Assembly (NCBI RefSeq): GCF_009914755.1
Contig: NC_060940.1
DNA: 64,000 nucleotides
Strand: one strand, 5' to 3'
Origin: the human T2T-CHM13v2.0 reference genome, Homo sapiens
The notes beneath the pieces were generated by a model. The model did no database searches. It had not been told where the DNA came from and saw only the letters and a list, made by a program, of their open reading frames with translations. The translations under genes were made by a program, and so were the position numbers. Shown piece after piece: positions 28,501 to 43,600 of this stretch. The first letter of the stretch is position 1. The number at the start of each line of letters is the position of its first letter.

Positions 28501-31500
28501 ATGTGATGATTCCATTCAATTCTATTCAATGATGTCTCCATTTGATTCCATTCGACCATGATTGCCTTTGATTCCATTCAATGATTCCATTCGGTTCCGT
28601 TTGATGATGATTCCGTTCGATTCCATTTGATGATTCCATTTGATTCCATTGGATGAGTCCATTCGATTACATTCGATGATTATTCCATTCGAGTGCATTA
28701 GATGATTCCATTCGAGTCCATTCGATGATTCCATTCGATTCCATTCGATGTTGATTCTGTTCAAATCCATTCGATGATTCCACTCGATTCCATTCGTTGA
28801 CTCCATTTGATCCCATTCGATGATTTCCTTTGATTCCCTTTGATGATCATTCCGTTTGATTCAATTCGGTGAATTCATTTGATTCCATTCAGTGATGTTT
28901 CCATTCGACTCCATTCGATGATGATTCCATTCGACTCCATTCGATTATGATTTCATTCAATTCCATTCGATAATGATTCCCTTCGAGTCCATTCGATGAT
29001 TCCATTCGATTCCATTCAACGATGATTTGATTCGTGTCCATTCGATGATTCCATTTGATTCCACTTGATGATGATTCCATTCGAGTCCATTTGATGATTC
29101 CATTCAATTCCATACTCCGATGATTTCTTTTGAGCCCACTCAATGCTTCCACTCGATTCCATATGATGATGACTCCATTCGATGAAATTCGATGATGATT
29201 CCATTCGCTTGCTTTCGATGATGATTCCACTTGAGTCCGTTAGAAGATTCTATTCAATTACATTCCATGACGATTCCGTTCGAGTCCATTTGATGATTCC
29301 ATTAGACTCCATTCGACGATGATTCCATTCGATGTTATTCCATGATTCCATTCGATCTCATTCGATGATGATTCCATTCAACTCCATTCGATGTTTCCAT
29401 TCGAGTTCATTCTATTATTCCATTAGATTCCATTCGATGATGATTCCATTCGATTCCATTTGATGATTGCATTCTATTTCATTTGATGATGATTCCATTC
29501 GAGTCCACTCGATGATTCCATTCGAGTCCATTTAATGAATCCATTGGTTTCAATTCTATGATGATTACATTGGATTCCATTCGTTGATGATTTCATTCGG
29601 TTCCATTCAATGATGATTCCATTCAATTCCTTTCAATGTTTCCATTCAATTCCATACGATGATGATTCCATTTGATTTGATTCGACAGTGAGCCATTCGA
29701 TTCAATTCCATGATGATTCTATTTGATTCAATTGGTTGACATTTCCATTCGATTCCATTCGATGATGATTCCCTTTGATTCCGTTCCAAGATGATTCCAT
29801 TCTAGCCCATTCAATCATTCCATTCGATTCTATTCAATGATGATTCCATTCATGTCGATTTGGTGATTCCATTTGACTTCATTTGATGATGATTCCTTTC
29901 AAGTTCATTAGATGATTCCATTCGATTCCATTTGATGATGATCCCATTCGAGTCCATTCAGTGATTCCATTCGTTTCCATTCCATGATGATTCCATTCCT
30001 TTCCATTCAATGATTCCATTCGATTCCGTTTGATGATGATTTCATTCGAGTCCATTTGATGATTCCATTTGATTCCATTCGATGATGATTCCATTCGAGT
30101 CCATTCGATGATTCTATTCGAATCCATTTGATGATTTCTTTTGATTATATTTGGTGATGATTCCATTGGAGTCCATTCAATGATTCCATTCTATTCCAAT
30201 CGATGATGATTCCATTAGAGTCCATTTAATGATTCCATTTGATTCCAGTCTCTGATGATTACATTCGAGTCCATACGATGATTCCACTCAATTCCATATG
30301 ATGATGATTCCATTTGATTCCATTCGGTGATTCCATTCTATTCTATTCAATGGTGATTCCATTCGAGTACATTAGATGATTCCATTCGATTCCATTCAAT
30401 GATGATTCTATTTGTGTCCCTTAGATGATTCCACATGATTCCATTAGATGATGATACTATTTGAGCCCATCCAATGATTCCCTTCGATTCCATTCGATGA
30501 GGATTCCATTCGATTCAATTCATTGGTGATTCTATTCAATTCAATTCTTTGATTCCATTCCATTCCATTCGACAATGATTCCATTCGATTTCTTTCGATG
30601 ATTCCACTCGATTCCACTTGACATTGATTCCATTCGATTCCATTCAATGATTCCATTTGATTCCAGTGGATGATGATTGCCATCGATTCCATTCGATCAC
30701 TCCATTCTATTCCATTTGATGATGATTACATTCGATTCCATTTGATGATTCCATCTGATTCTATTCGAGGATTCCATTTGATTCCATTCGATGATGATTC
30801 CATTCGAGTCCATTCGATGATTTCATTCGAGTACATCCAATGATTCCATTCGAGTCCATTAGATGATTCCATTTGATTCCATTTGAAAATGATTCTACTA
30901 GAGTCCATTCAATGACTCCATTCGAGTCCATTCAACAATTCCATTCGACTCCATTCGATGATTCCATTCGATTCCATTTGATGGTTCCATTCGAGTCCAT
31001 TTAATCATTACAGTCGAGCCCATTTGTTGATTCCACTGGATTTCTTTTGATAATGATACCATTCAATTACATTTGATGATGATCCCATTCAACTTCATTT
31101 GATGATGATTCCATTAGAGTCCATTCGATGATTTCATTCGAGTCCCTTCATTGATTCCATCCGATTTCATTGGATGATGACTCCATTCGAGTCCATTCGA
31201 TGATTCCACTCGATTCCATTAGATGACTCCATTGGAGTCCATTTGATTGTTCCATTCGATTCCATTCGATTCCTTTCGAAGATTATTCCATTTGAGTCCA
31301 TTCGATGATGATTCCATTCCATTCCATTCGATGATTCCGTTTGATTCCATTCGATGATTCCCTTCGATTCCTTTCTTTGATGATTCCATTCCATTCCATT
31401 CAATGATTCCATTCGAATCTATTCCATGATGATTCCTTTCGATTCCATTCGCTGATGTTTCCGTTCAATTCCATTCGATGATGATTCCATTCGATTCCAT

Positions 31501-31595
31501 TCATTGAGGATTCCATTTGATTCCATTCAATGATGATTCCATTCTATTCCATTCAATGATTGCATTCAATTCCATTCAATGATTATCCCCTTAGA
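25507..31595 (+). repeat. Higher-order repeat unit 5 (6089 bp; one 23-bp monomer deleted at ~25885)
   Basis: Marker at 25507 and 31596. The sequence reads ATTCGAGGATGATTCCATTCAATTCC instead of ATTCGAGGATGATTCCATTCGATTCCATTCGATGATTCCATTCAATTCC. Confidence 0.93.
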
Positions 31596-34500
31596 GTAAA
31601 CTCAACGATTCCATTCAATACCATTCGATGATGATTCCTTTTGAGTCCATTCAATGATTTCATTCAAGTCCATTTGATGATTCCTTTCAATTCCATTCTA
31701 TGATGATTCCATTCGAGTCCATTCGATGATTCCATTCGATTGCATTCGATGATTCCATTATATTCCATTTAACGGTGATTCCATTCGAGTCCATTCCATG
31801 ATTCCATTAGAGTACATTTAATGATTGCTTTGTTTTCAATTCGAAGATGATTAAATTGGATTCCATTCTATGATACCATTCGATTCCATTCAATGATGAT
31901 TCCACTCAAATCCATTGGATGATTCCATTCGTGTCCATTCGGTGATTTCATTAGATTCCATTCGAGGATGATTCCATTCAATTCCATTCGATGATGATTC
32001 CATTCCAGTCCATATGATCATTCCATTTGATTTCATTCGATGATGATTCCATTCGATTCCATTCGATGATTCCATTCTATTCCATTCGATGATGATTCCA
32101 TTCGAGTCCATTCGATGATTCCATTCGAGTCCATTTAATGATTCCATTGGGTTCAATTCAATGATGATTACATTGGATTCCGTTCTATGATTCCATTCAA
32201 TTCCGTTCATTGACAATTTGATTCCATTCGATGATGATTCCATTTGAGTTCATTCGATGATTCTATTCGATTCTCTTTGATGGTGATTCAATTCTATTAT
32301 ATTGGATGATTCCATTCGATTCCATTTGATGTTGATTCAATTCGATTCTATTCGATGATGATTCCATTGGATTTCACTTGATGATTCTATTCGATTCCAT
32401 TCGATGATGATTCACTTCTCGTCCATTGGATGATTCCATTTCATTCCATTCGATGATGATTCCATTCGATTCCATTCGATGATTCCATTTGATTCCATGC
32501 GACGGTGAGCAATTCGATTCAATTCCATGATGATTCTATTTGATTCAATTAGATGATGTTTCCATTCGAATCCATTCCATGATTATTCCATTGGAATCCA
32601 TTCGGCGATGATTCCATATGAGTCAATTCAATGATGATTCCATATGGGTCCGTTCGATGATAATTCCATTTGATTTCATTCGATGCTTCTATTCAATTCT
32701 AGTCGATGATGATTCCGTTGGAGTCCATACGATGATTCCATTTGATTTCATTTGATGATGATTCCATTCGATGATGATTACATTGGATTCCATTCTATGA
32801 TTCCATTCAATTCCATTCGTTGATGATTCGATTCCATTCAATGATGATTCCATTTGAGTTCATTCGATGATTCTATTCGATTCCGTTCGATGGTGATTCA
32901 ATTCTATTATATTGGATGATTCCACTCGATTCCATTTGATGATTATTCCATTGGAGTCCACTTAGTGAATCCTTTAGATTCTACTCGACGATGATTCCAT
33001 TCGAGTCCATTCGATGATACCATTCAATTCCATTCGTTGATGCTTCCATTCAAGTGCATTCGATGATATCATTCGATTCCATTTGATGATAATTCCATTT
33101 GATTCCATGCGATGATTCTATTCGATTCCATTCAATGATAATTCCATTCAGTTCAGTGATTCCTCTGGACTCCATTTGATGATGATTCCATTCAATGATT
33201 CCATTCGATTCTATTCGAAAGTGATTCCATTTGAATCCATTTGATGATGATTCCATTAGATTCCATTTGATGATTCCATTCGATTCCATGCGACGATGAT
33301 TCCATTCGATTCCATGTGATGATTCCATTCTATTCTATTCGATGATGATTCCATTCGATTCCATTCGATGATGATTGGATTCGATTCCATTTGATGATAT
33401 CATTTGATTCCATTCGTTAATGATTTCGATCAATTCCATTCGATGATTCCATTCGATTCCATTCGATAATGATTACATCCGTGTCCATTCAGTGATTCCA
33501 TTTGAGCCTGTTCGATAACTCCATTTGAGTCCAACCAATGATTCCATTCATTTCCATTCAATGATTCCATTCGAGTCCATTTGATCATTCCGGTAGGGTC
33601 CATTCGATGTTGATTCCATTGGAGTGCATTCGATGATTCCATTCGAGTCCATTTTACGATTTGATTCGAGTCCTTTCGATGATTCCATTCGATTCCACTC
33701 GATGATGATTTCATTCGAGTCCATTCGACACTTCCAATCGATTCCATTTGATGTTTCCATTCGAGTCCAATTGATGATTCCATTCAATTCCATTCGATGA
33801 TGATTCCGTAGGATTCCATTCTGTGATGATTCCATGTGATTGCATTCAATGATGATTCCTTTAGATTGCATTCGATTGTGATTCATTTCGTCTTCACTCT
33901 ATCGTTCCACAGGTTTCCATTCGTGTCCATTCCATTATTCCATTCTATTCCATTTGATGATGATTCCATTCGATTCCATTCATTGGTGATTCCACTCAAT
34001 TCCATTCAATGATTCCATTCCATTTCTTTCAACAATGATTCCATTAGTTTCTAATCGATGATCCACTTGATTCCATTTGACGACGATTCCATTCTTGTCC
34101 ATTCGATGATTCCATTTGATTCCATATGATGATGATTCAATTCGATTCCATACCATGATGATTCCATTCGAGTCCATTCAATGGTGATTCCATTCAATTC
34201 CATTCGATGATTCCTTTCGATTCCATTCGATGATGATGGCATTCGATTCCTTTCAATCATTCCCTTTGATTCCATTCAAAGGTGATTTCATTCAAGTCCA
34301 TTCGATAATTGCATTCGATTCCATTCTATGATGATTCCATTCGAGTCCATTTGATGATTCCATTCAATTCAAGTCAATGATGATTCCATTCGATTCCATT
34401 CGATGATTCCATTGGATTCCATTCGATGATGATTCCATTCAAATCCATTCGATAATTCAATTCAAGTCCATTCGATGATGATTAAAATCGAATCCATTCA

Positions 34501-37500
34501 AAGATTCCATTCAGTTCCATTCGATGATTCCCTTAGATTCCATTCGATGATTCCACTTGATTTCATTTACGATGATTCCATTCGATTCCATGTGATGATT
34601 CCATTCAATTCTATTCAATGCTGTTTCCATTTGATTCCATTCGACCATGATTGCCTTTGATTCCATTCAATGACTCCATTCGGTTCCTTTTGATGATGAT
34701 TCCGTTCGATTCCATTTCATTATTCCATTTGATTCCATTGGATGAGTCCATTCGATTACATTCGATGATTATTCCATTCGAGTGCATTAGATGATTCCAT
34801 TCGAGTCCATTCGATGATTCCATTCGATTCCATTCGATGTTGATTCTGTTCAAATCCATTCGATGATTCCACTCGATTCCATTCGATGACTCCAGTTGAT
34901 CCCATTCGATGATTTCCTTTGATTCCCTTTGATGATCATTCCATTTGATTCAATTCGGTGATTTCATTTGATTCCATTCAGTGATGTTTCCATTCGACTC
35001 CATTCGATGATGATTCCATTCGACTCCATTCGATTATGATTTCATTCAATTCCATTCGATAATGATTCCCTTTGAGTCCATTCGATGATTCCATTCGATT
35101 CCATTCAACGATGATTTGATTCGTGTCCATTCGATGATTCCATTTGATTCCACTTGATGATGATTCCATTCGAGTCCATTTGATGATTCCATTCAATTCC
35201 ATTCTCCGATGATTTCTTTTGAGCCCACTCAATGCTTCCACTCGATTCCATATGATGATGACTCCATTCGATGAAATTCGATGATGATTCCATTCGCTTG
35301 CATTCGATGATGATTCCACTTGAGTCCATTAGAAGATTCTATTCAATTACATTCCATGACGATTCCGTTCGAGTCCATTTGATGATTCCATTAGACTCCA
35401 TTCGACGATGATTCCATTCGATGTTATTCGATGATTCCATTCGATCTCATTCGATGATGATTCCATTCAACTCCATTCGATGTTTCCATTCGAGTTCATT
35501 CTATTATTCCATTAGATTCCATTCGATGATGATTCCATTCGATTCCATTTGATGATTGCATTCTATTTCATTTGATGATGATTCCATTCGAGTCCACTCG
35601 ATGATTCCATTCGAGTCCATTTAATGAATCCATTGGTTTCAATTCTATGATGATTACATTGGATTCCATTCGTTGATGATTTCATTCGGTTCCATTCAAT
35701 GATGATTCCATTCAATTCCTTTCAATGTTTCCATTCAATTCCATACGATGATGATTCCATTTGATTTGATTCGACAGGGAGCCATTCGATTCAATTCCAT
35801 GATGATTCTATTTGATTCCATTGGTTGACATTTCCATTCGATTCCATTCGATGATGATTCCCTTTGATTCCATTCAAAGATGATTCCATTCTAGCCCATT
35901 CAATCATTCCATTCGATTCTATTCAATGATGATTCCATTCATGTCGATTTGGTGATTCCATTTGACTTCATTTGATGATGATTCCTTTCAAGTTCATTAG
36001 ATGATTCCATTCGATTCCATTTGATGATGATCCCATTCGAGTCCATTCAGTGATTCCACTCGTTTCCATTCCATGATGATTCCATTCCATTCCATTCAAT
36101 GATTCCATTCGATTCCGTTTGATGATGATTTCATTCGAGTCCATTTGATGATTCCATTTGATTCCATTCGATGATGATTCCATTCGAGTCCATTCGATGA
36201 TTCTATTCGAATCCATTTGATGATTTCTTTTGATTATAGTTGGTGATGATTCCATTGGAGTCCATTCAATGATTCCATTTGATTCCAGTCTCTGATGATT
36301 ACATTCGAGTCCATACGATGATTCCACTCAATTCCATATGATGATGATTCCATTCGATTCCATTCGGTGATTCCATTCTATTCTATTCAATGGTGATTCC
36401 ATTCGAGTACATTAGATGATTCCATTCGATTCCATTCAATGATGATTCTATTTGTGTCCCTTAGATGATTCCACATGATTCCATTAGATGATGATACTAT
36501 TTGAGCCCATCCAATGATACCCTTCGATATCATTCGATGAGGATTCCATTCGATTCAATTCATTGGTGATTCTATTCAATTCAATTCTTTGATTCCATTC
36601 CATTCCATTCGACAATGATTCCATTCGATTTCTTTCGATGATTCCACTCGATTCCACTTGACATTGATTCCCTTCGATTCCATTCAATGATTCCATTTGA
36701 TTCCAGTGGATGATGATTGCCATCGATTCCATTCGATCACTCCATTCTATTCCATTTGATGGTGATTACATTCGATTCCATTTGACGATTCCATCTGATT
36801 CTATTCGAGGATTCCATTTGATTCCATTCGATGATGATTCCATTCGAGTCCATTCGATGATTTCATTCGAGTACATCCAATGATTCCATTCGAGTCCATT
36901 TGATGATTCCATTTGATTCCATTTGATAATGATTCTACTAGAGTCCATTCAATGACTCCATTCGAGTCCATTCAACAATTCCATTCGACTCCATTTGATG
37001 ATTCCGTTGGATTCCATTTGATGATTCCATTCGAGTCCATTTAATCATTACAGTCGAGTCCATTTGGTGATTCCACCGGATTTCTTTTGATAATGATACC
37101 ATTCAATTACATTTGATGATGATCCCATTCAATTTCATTTGATGATGATTCCATTAGAGTCCATTCGATGATTTCATTCGAGTCCCTTCATTGATTCCAT
37201 CCGATTTCATTGGATGATGACTCCATTCGAGTCCATTCGATGATTCCACTCGATTCCATTAGATGATTCCATTGGAGTCCATTTCATTGTTCCATTCGAT
37301 TCCATTCGATTCCTTTCGAAGATTATTCCATTTGAGTCCATTCGATGATGATTCCATTCCATTCCATTCGATGATTCCGTTTGATTCCATTCGATGATTC
37401 CCTTCGATTCCTTTCTTTGATGATTCCATTCCATTCCATTCAATGATTCCATTCGAATCTATTCCATGATGATTCCTTTCGATTCCATTCGCTGATGTTT

Positions 37501-37635
37501 CCGTTCAATTCCATTCGATGATGATTCCATTCGATTCCATTCATTGAGGATTCCATTTGATTCCATTTAATGATGATTCCGTTCTATTCCATTCAATGAT
37601 TGCATTCAATTCCATTCAATGATTATCCCCTTAGA
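31596..37635 (+). repeat. Higher-order repeat unit 6 (6040 bp; 23-bp deletion at ~31975 plus 49-bp deletion at ~36280)
   Basis: Marker at 31596 and 37636. The ORF offset to unit 5 changes from 6089 (29879/35968) to 6040 (30444/36484). Confidence 0.93.
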
Positions 37636-40600
37636 GTAAACTCAACGATTCCATTCAATACCATTCGATGATGATTCCTTTTGAGTCCATTCAATGATTT
37701 CATTCAAGTCCATTTGATGATTCCTTTCAATTCCATTCTATGATGATTCCATTCGAGTCCATTCGATGATTCCATTCGATTGCATTCGATTATTCCATTA
37801 TATTCCAGTCAACGATGATTCCATTCGAGCCCATTCGATGATTCCATTAGAGTACATTTAATGATTGCTTTGTTTTCAATTCGAAGATGATTACATTGGA
37901 TTCCATTCTATGATACCATTCGATTCCATTCAATGATGATTCCACTCAAATCCATTGGATGATTCCATTCGTGTCCATTCGGTGATTTCATTAGATTCCA
38001 TTCGAGGATGATTCCATTCGATTCCATTCGATGATTCCATTCAATTCCATTCGAGGATGATTCCATTCCAGTCCATATGATCATTCCATTTGATTTCATT
38101 CGATGATGATTCCATTCGATTCCATTCGATGATTCCATTCTATTCCATTCGATGATGATTCCATTCGAGTCCATTCGATGATTCCATTCGAGTCCATTTA
38201 ATGATTCCATTGGGTTCAATTCAATGATGATTACATTGGATTCCGTTCTATGATTCCATTCAATTCCGTTCATTGACAATTTGATTCCATTCGATGATGA
38301 TTCCATTTGAGTTCATTCGATGATTCTATTCGATTCTCTTCGATGGTGATTCAATTCTATTATATTGGATGATTCCATTCGATTCCATTTGATGTTGATT
38401 CAATTCGATTCTATTCGATGATGATTCCATTGGATTTCACTTGATGATTCTATTCGATTCCATTCAATGATGATTCACTTCTCGTCCATTGGATGATTCC
38501 ATTTCATTCCATTCGATGATGATTCCATTCGATTCCATTCGATGATTCCATTTGATTCCATGCGACGGTGAGCAATTCGATTCAATTCCATGATGATTCT
38601 ATTTGATTCAATTAGATGATGTTTCCATTCGAATCCATTCCATGATTATTCCATTGGAATCCATTTGGCGATGATTCCATATGAGTCAATTCAATGATGA
38701 TTCCATATGGGTCCGTTCGATGATAATTCCATTTGATTTCATTCGATGCTTCTATTCTATTCCAGTCGATGATGATTCCGTTGGAGTCCATACGATGATT
38801 CCATTTGATTTCATTTGATGATGATTCCATTCGATGATGATTACATTGGATTCCATTCTATGATTCCATTCAATTCCATTCGTTGATGATTCGATTCCAT
38901 TCAATGATGATTCCATTTGAGTTCATTCGATGATTCTATTCGATTCCGTTCGATGGTGATTCAATTCTCTTATATTGGATGATTCCCCTCGATTCCATTT
39001 GATGATTATTCCATTGGAGTCCACTTAGTGAATCCTTTAGATTCTACTCGAAGATGATTCCATTCGAGTCCATTCAATGATACCATTCAATTTCATTCGT
39101 TGATGCTTCCATTCAAGTGCATTCGATGATATCATTCGATTCCATTTGATGATAATTCCATTTGATTCCATGCGATGATTCTATTCGATTCCATTCAATG
39201 ATAATTCCATTCAATTCAGTGATTCCTCTGGACTCCATTTGATGATGATTCCATTCAATGATTCCATTCGATTCTATTCCAAAATGATTCCATTTGAATC
39301 CATTTGATGATGATTCCATTAGATTCCATTTGATGATTCCATTCGATTCCATTTGACGATGATTCCATTCGATTCCATTTGATGATTCCATTCTATTCTA
39401 TTCGATGATGATTCCATTCGATTCCATTTGATGATGATTGGATTCGATTCCATTTGATGATTTCATTTGATTCCATTCGTTAATGATTTCGATCAACTCC
39501 ATTCGATGATTCCATTTGATTCCATTCGATAATGATTACATCCGAGTCCATTCGATGATTCCATTTGAGCCCGTTCGATAATTCCATTTGAGTCCAATCA
39601 ATGATTCCATTCATTTCCATTCAATGATTCCATTCGAGTCCATTTGATCATTCTGGTAGGGTCCGTTCGATGTTGATTCCATTGGAGTGCATTCGATGAT
39701 TCCATTCGAGTCCATTTTATGATTTGATTCGAGTCCTTTCGATGATTCCATTAGATTCCACTCGATGCTGATTTCATTCGAGTCCATTCGACACTTCCAA
39801 TCGATTCCATTTGATGTTTCCATTCGAGTCCAATTGATGATTCCATTCAATTCCATTCGATGATGATTCCATACGATTCCATTCTGTGATGATTCCATGT
39901 GATTGCATTCAATGATGATTCCTTTCGACTGCATTCGATTATGATTCATTTCGTGTTCATTCTATGGTTCCACAGGTTTCCATTCGATGACGTTTCCGTT
40001 CGTGTCCATTCCATTATTCCATTCTATTTCATTTGATGATGATTCCATTCGATTCCATTCATTGGTGATTCCACTCAATTCCATTCAATGATTCCATTCC
40101 ATTTCTTTCAACAATAATTCCATTACTTTCTATTCGATGATCCACTTGATTCCATTTGGCGATGATTCCATTCGTGTCCATTCGATGATTCCTTTTGATT
40201 CCATATGATGATGATTCCATTCGATTCCATACCATGATGATTCCATTCGAGTCCATTCAATGGTGATTCCATTCAATTCCATTCGATGATTCCTTCCGAT
40301 TCCATTCGATGATGATGGCATTCGATTCCTTTCAATCATTCCCTTTGATTCCATTCAAAGGTGATTTCATTCAAGTCCATTCGATAATTGCATTCGATTC
40401 CATTCTATGATGATTCCATTCGAGTCCATTTGATGATTGCATTCAATTCAAGTCAATGATGATTCCATTTAATTCCACTCGATGATTCCATTGGATTCCA
40501 TTCGATGATGATTCCATTCAAATCCATTCGATAATTCAATTCAAGTCCATTCGATGATGATTCCAATCGAATCCATTCAAAGATTCCATTCAATTCCATT

Positions 40601-43600
40601 CGATGATGATTCCCTTAGATTCCATTCGATGATTCCACTTGATTCCATTTACGATGATTCCATTCGATTCCATGTGATGAATCCATTCAATTCTATTCAA
40701 TGATGTTTCCATTTGATTCCATTGGACCATGATTGCCTTTGATTCCATTCAATGATTCCATTCGGTTCCATTTGATGATGATTCCGTTCGATTCCATTTC
40801 ATTATTCCATTTGATTCCATTGGATGAGTCCATTCGATTACATTCGATGATTATTCCATTCGAGTGCATTAGATGATTGCATTCGAGTCCATTCGATGAT
40901 TCCATTCGATTCCATTCGATGTTGATTCTGTTCAAATCCATTCGATGATTCCACTCGATTCCATTCGATGACTCCATTTGATCCCATTCGATGATTTCCT
41001 GTGATTCCCTTTGATGATCATTCTATTTGATTCAATTCGGTGATTTCATTTCATTCCATTCAGTGATGTTTCCATTCGACTGTATTCGATGATGATTCCA
41101 TTCGACTCCATTCGATTATGATTTCATTCAATTCCATTCAATAATGATTCCCTTCGAGTCCATTCGATGATTCCATTCGATTCCATTCATCGATGATTTG
41201 ATTCGTTTCCATTCGATGATTCCATTTGATTCCACTTGATGATGATTCCATTCGAGTCCATTTGATGATTCCATTCGAGTCTATTTATGTATTATATTCG
41301 TGTCCACTTCATGATTCCATTCAATTCCATTTAATGTTGATTCCATTTGATTCCATTTGATGATTCAGTTCGATTCCTTGCAATGATTCCCTACGATTCC
41401 TTTCTCTGATGATTCCATTCGATTCCATTCATTGATGATTTCATTCGACTCCATTCGATGATGATTCCTTTCGATTCCATTTGACGATGTTTCCATTCGA
41501 GTCCATTCGATGATGATTCTATTCAATTCTGTTCTATTATGATTCCATTCGATTTCATTCAATGCTTCTATTTGATTCCATTCGATGATGATTCCATCTC
41601 TTTCCCTTCGATGATTCCATTTGATTCCATTCAGTGATGATTCCATTTGATTCCATCTGATGATGATTTCACTTGATTCATTTCAATGATGATTCCATTC
41701 AAGTCCATTCGATGATTCCATTGGAGTCCAAACGATCATTCCGTTCGATTCCATTCAATGGTGATTCCATTCATGTCCATTCGATGAATCCATTCAATTC
41801 CATTCGATGATGACTCCATTCGAGTACATTCGATGATTCCATTTGATTCCATTTGAAGATGATTCCATTCAATTCCATTCGAAGATGATTCCATTCAATT
41901 CCATTCGATGATGATTCCGTATGAATCCATTCTCTGATTATTCCATTCGATTCCATTCATTGACGATTCCATTCAATTCCATTCAATGATGATTCTCTTC
42001 TATTCCATTCGATGATTCCGGTCGATTCCATTCGATGATGATTCCATTAGATTCCATTCGATTGTTGCATTCGATTCCCTTCGATGATGATTCCTTTGAA
42101 TTCCATTCGATTATCATTCCGTATGAATCCATTTGATGATTATTCCATTGGATTCCTTTCAATGATGATTCCATTCGATTCCATTTGATGATGTTTCTCT
42201 TGTATTCCATTGGATAATTCCTTTCAGTTCCCTTCGATGATTATTCTTTCGAGTCAATTCGATGATTCTATTCCATTCCCTTCGATGATGATTCCATTTC
42301 ACTCCATTTGATGATTCCATTCGACTCAATTTGGTGATGATTCAATTCGATGACATTCGATGACTCCATTCAATTTCATTTGATGATGATTACATTCGAG
42401 TCCATTTGATGATTGTATTCCTTTCCTTTTGATGATTATTCCATTCGTGTCTATTCAAAGGTTCCATTCTATTCCATTCAATGATGATTGCATTTGATTC
42501 CATTCAATGATTATGGCTATCGATTCCACTCGTTGATTCCATTTGATTCCGTTCGATGATTATTCCGTTAGATTCCATTAGAAGATTCCATTCTATTTTA
42601 TTCAATGATTCCAATGGATTCCATTCAATGATGATTCCATTCGACTCCATTCAGTGATTCCATTCGAGTCCATTTGATGATTCCATTCTTTTCCATTTGA
42701 TGATGATTCCATTAGGGTCCATTCAATGATTCCATTCGAGTCCATTCGTTAATGCCTTTCGAGTCCTTTTGATCACTACATTCGAGTCCATTCAATGATT
42801 CTATTCGATTCCATTCCATGATGATTCCATTCGAGTTCATTCGATGATTGCATTCGAGTCCATTTGATGATTCCATATGATTCCCTTCGACAATGATTTC
42901 ATTCGTGTCCATTTGATGATTCCATTCATTTCCTATCGATTCAAGTGTATTCGATGATTCCATTCAAATCCATTCGATGATGATTCCATTCCAGTCCATT
43001 CGATCATTCCACTTGATTCCATTTGATGACTATTCCATTCAAATCCATTTGATGATTCCATTCGATTCCATTCGATGTTACCATTCGAGTATATACGATG
43101 ATTCCACTCGATTCCATTTGATGATTATTCCATTGGAGTCCACTTAGTGAATCCTTTAGATTCTACTCGAAGATGATTCCATTCGAGTCCATTCGATGAT
43201 ACCATTCAATTCCATTCGTTGATGCTTCAATTCAAGTGCATTCGATGATATCATTCGATTCCATTTGATGATAATTCCATTTGATTGCATGCGATGATTC
43301 TATTCGATTCCATTCAATGATAATTCCATTCAATTCAGTGATTCCTCTGGACTCCATTTGATGATGATTCCATTCAATGATTCCATTCGATTCTATTCGA
43401 AAATGATTCCATTTGAATCCATTTGATGATGATTCCATTAGATTCCATTTGATGATTCCATTCGATTCCATTCGATGATGATTCCATTCGATTCCTTTTG
43501 ATGATTCCATTCTATTGTATTCGATGATGATTCCATTCGATTCCATTCGATGATGATTGGATTCGATTCCATTTGATGATTTCATTTGATTCCATTCGAT

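Noticed and set aside
41278-43096. 1.8-kb segment as a mobile element with LTR-like flanks
   Set aside because: It is itself HSat2 sequence, with no coding capacity, terminal inverted repeats, poly(A) tail or target-site duplication. The flanking repeats are ordinary parts of the unit.
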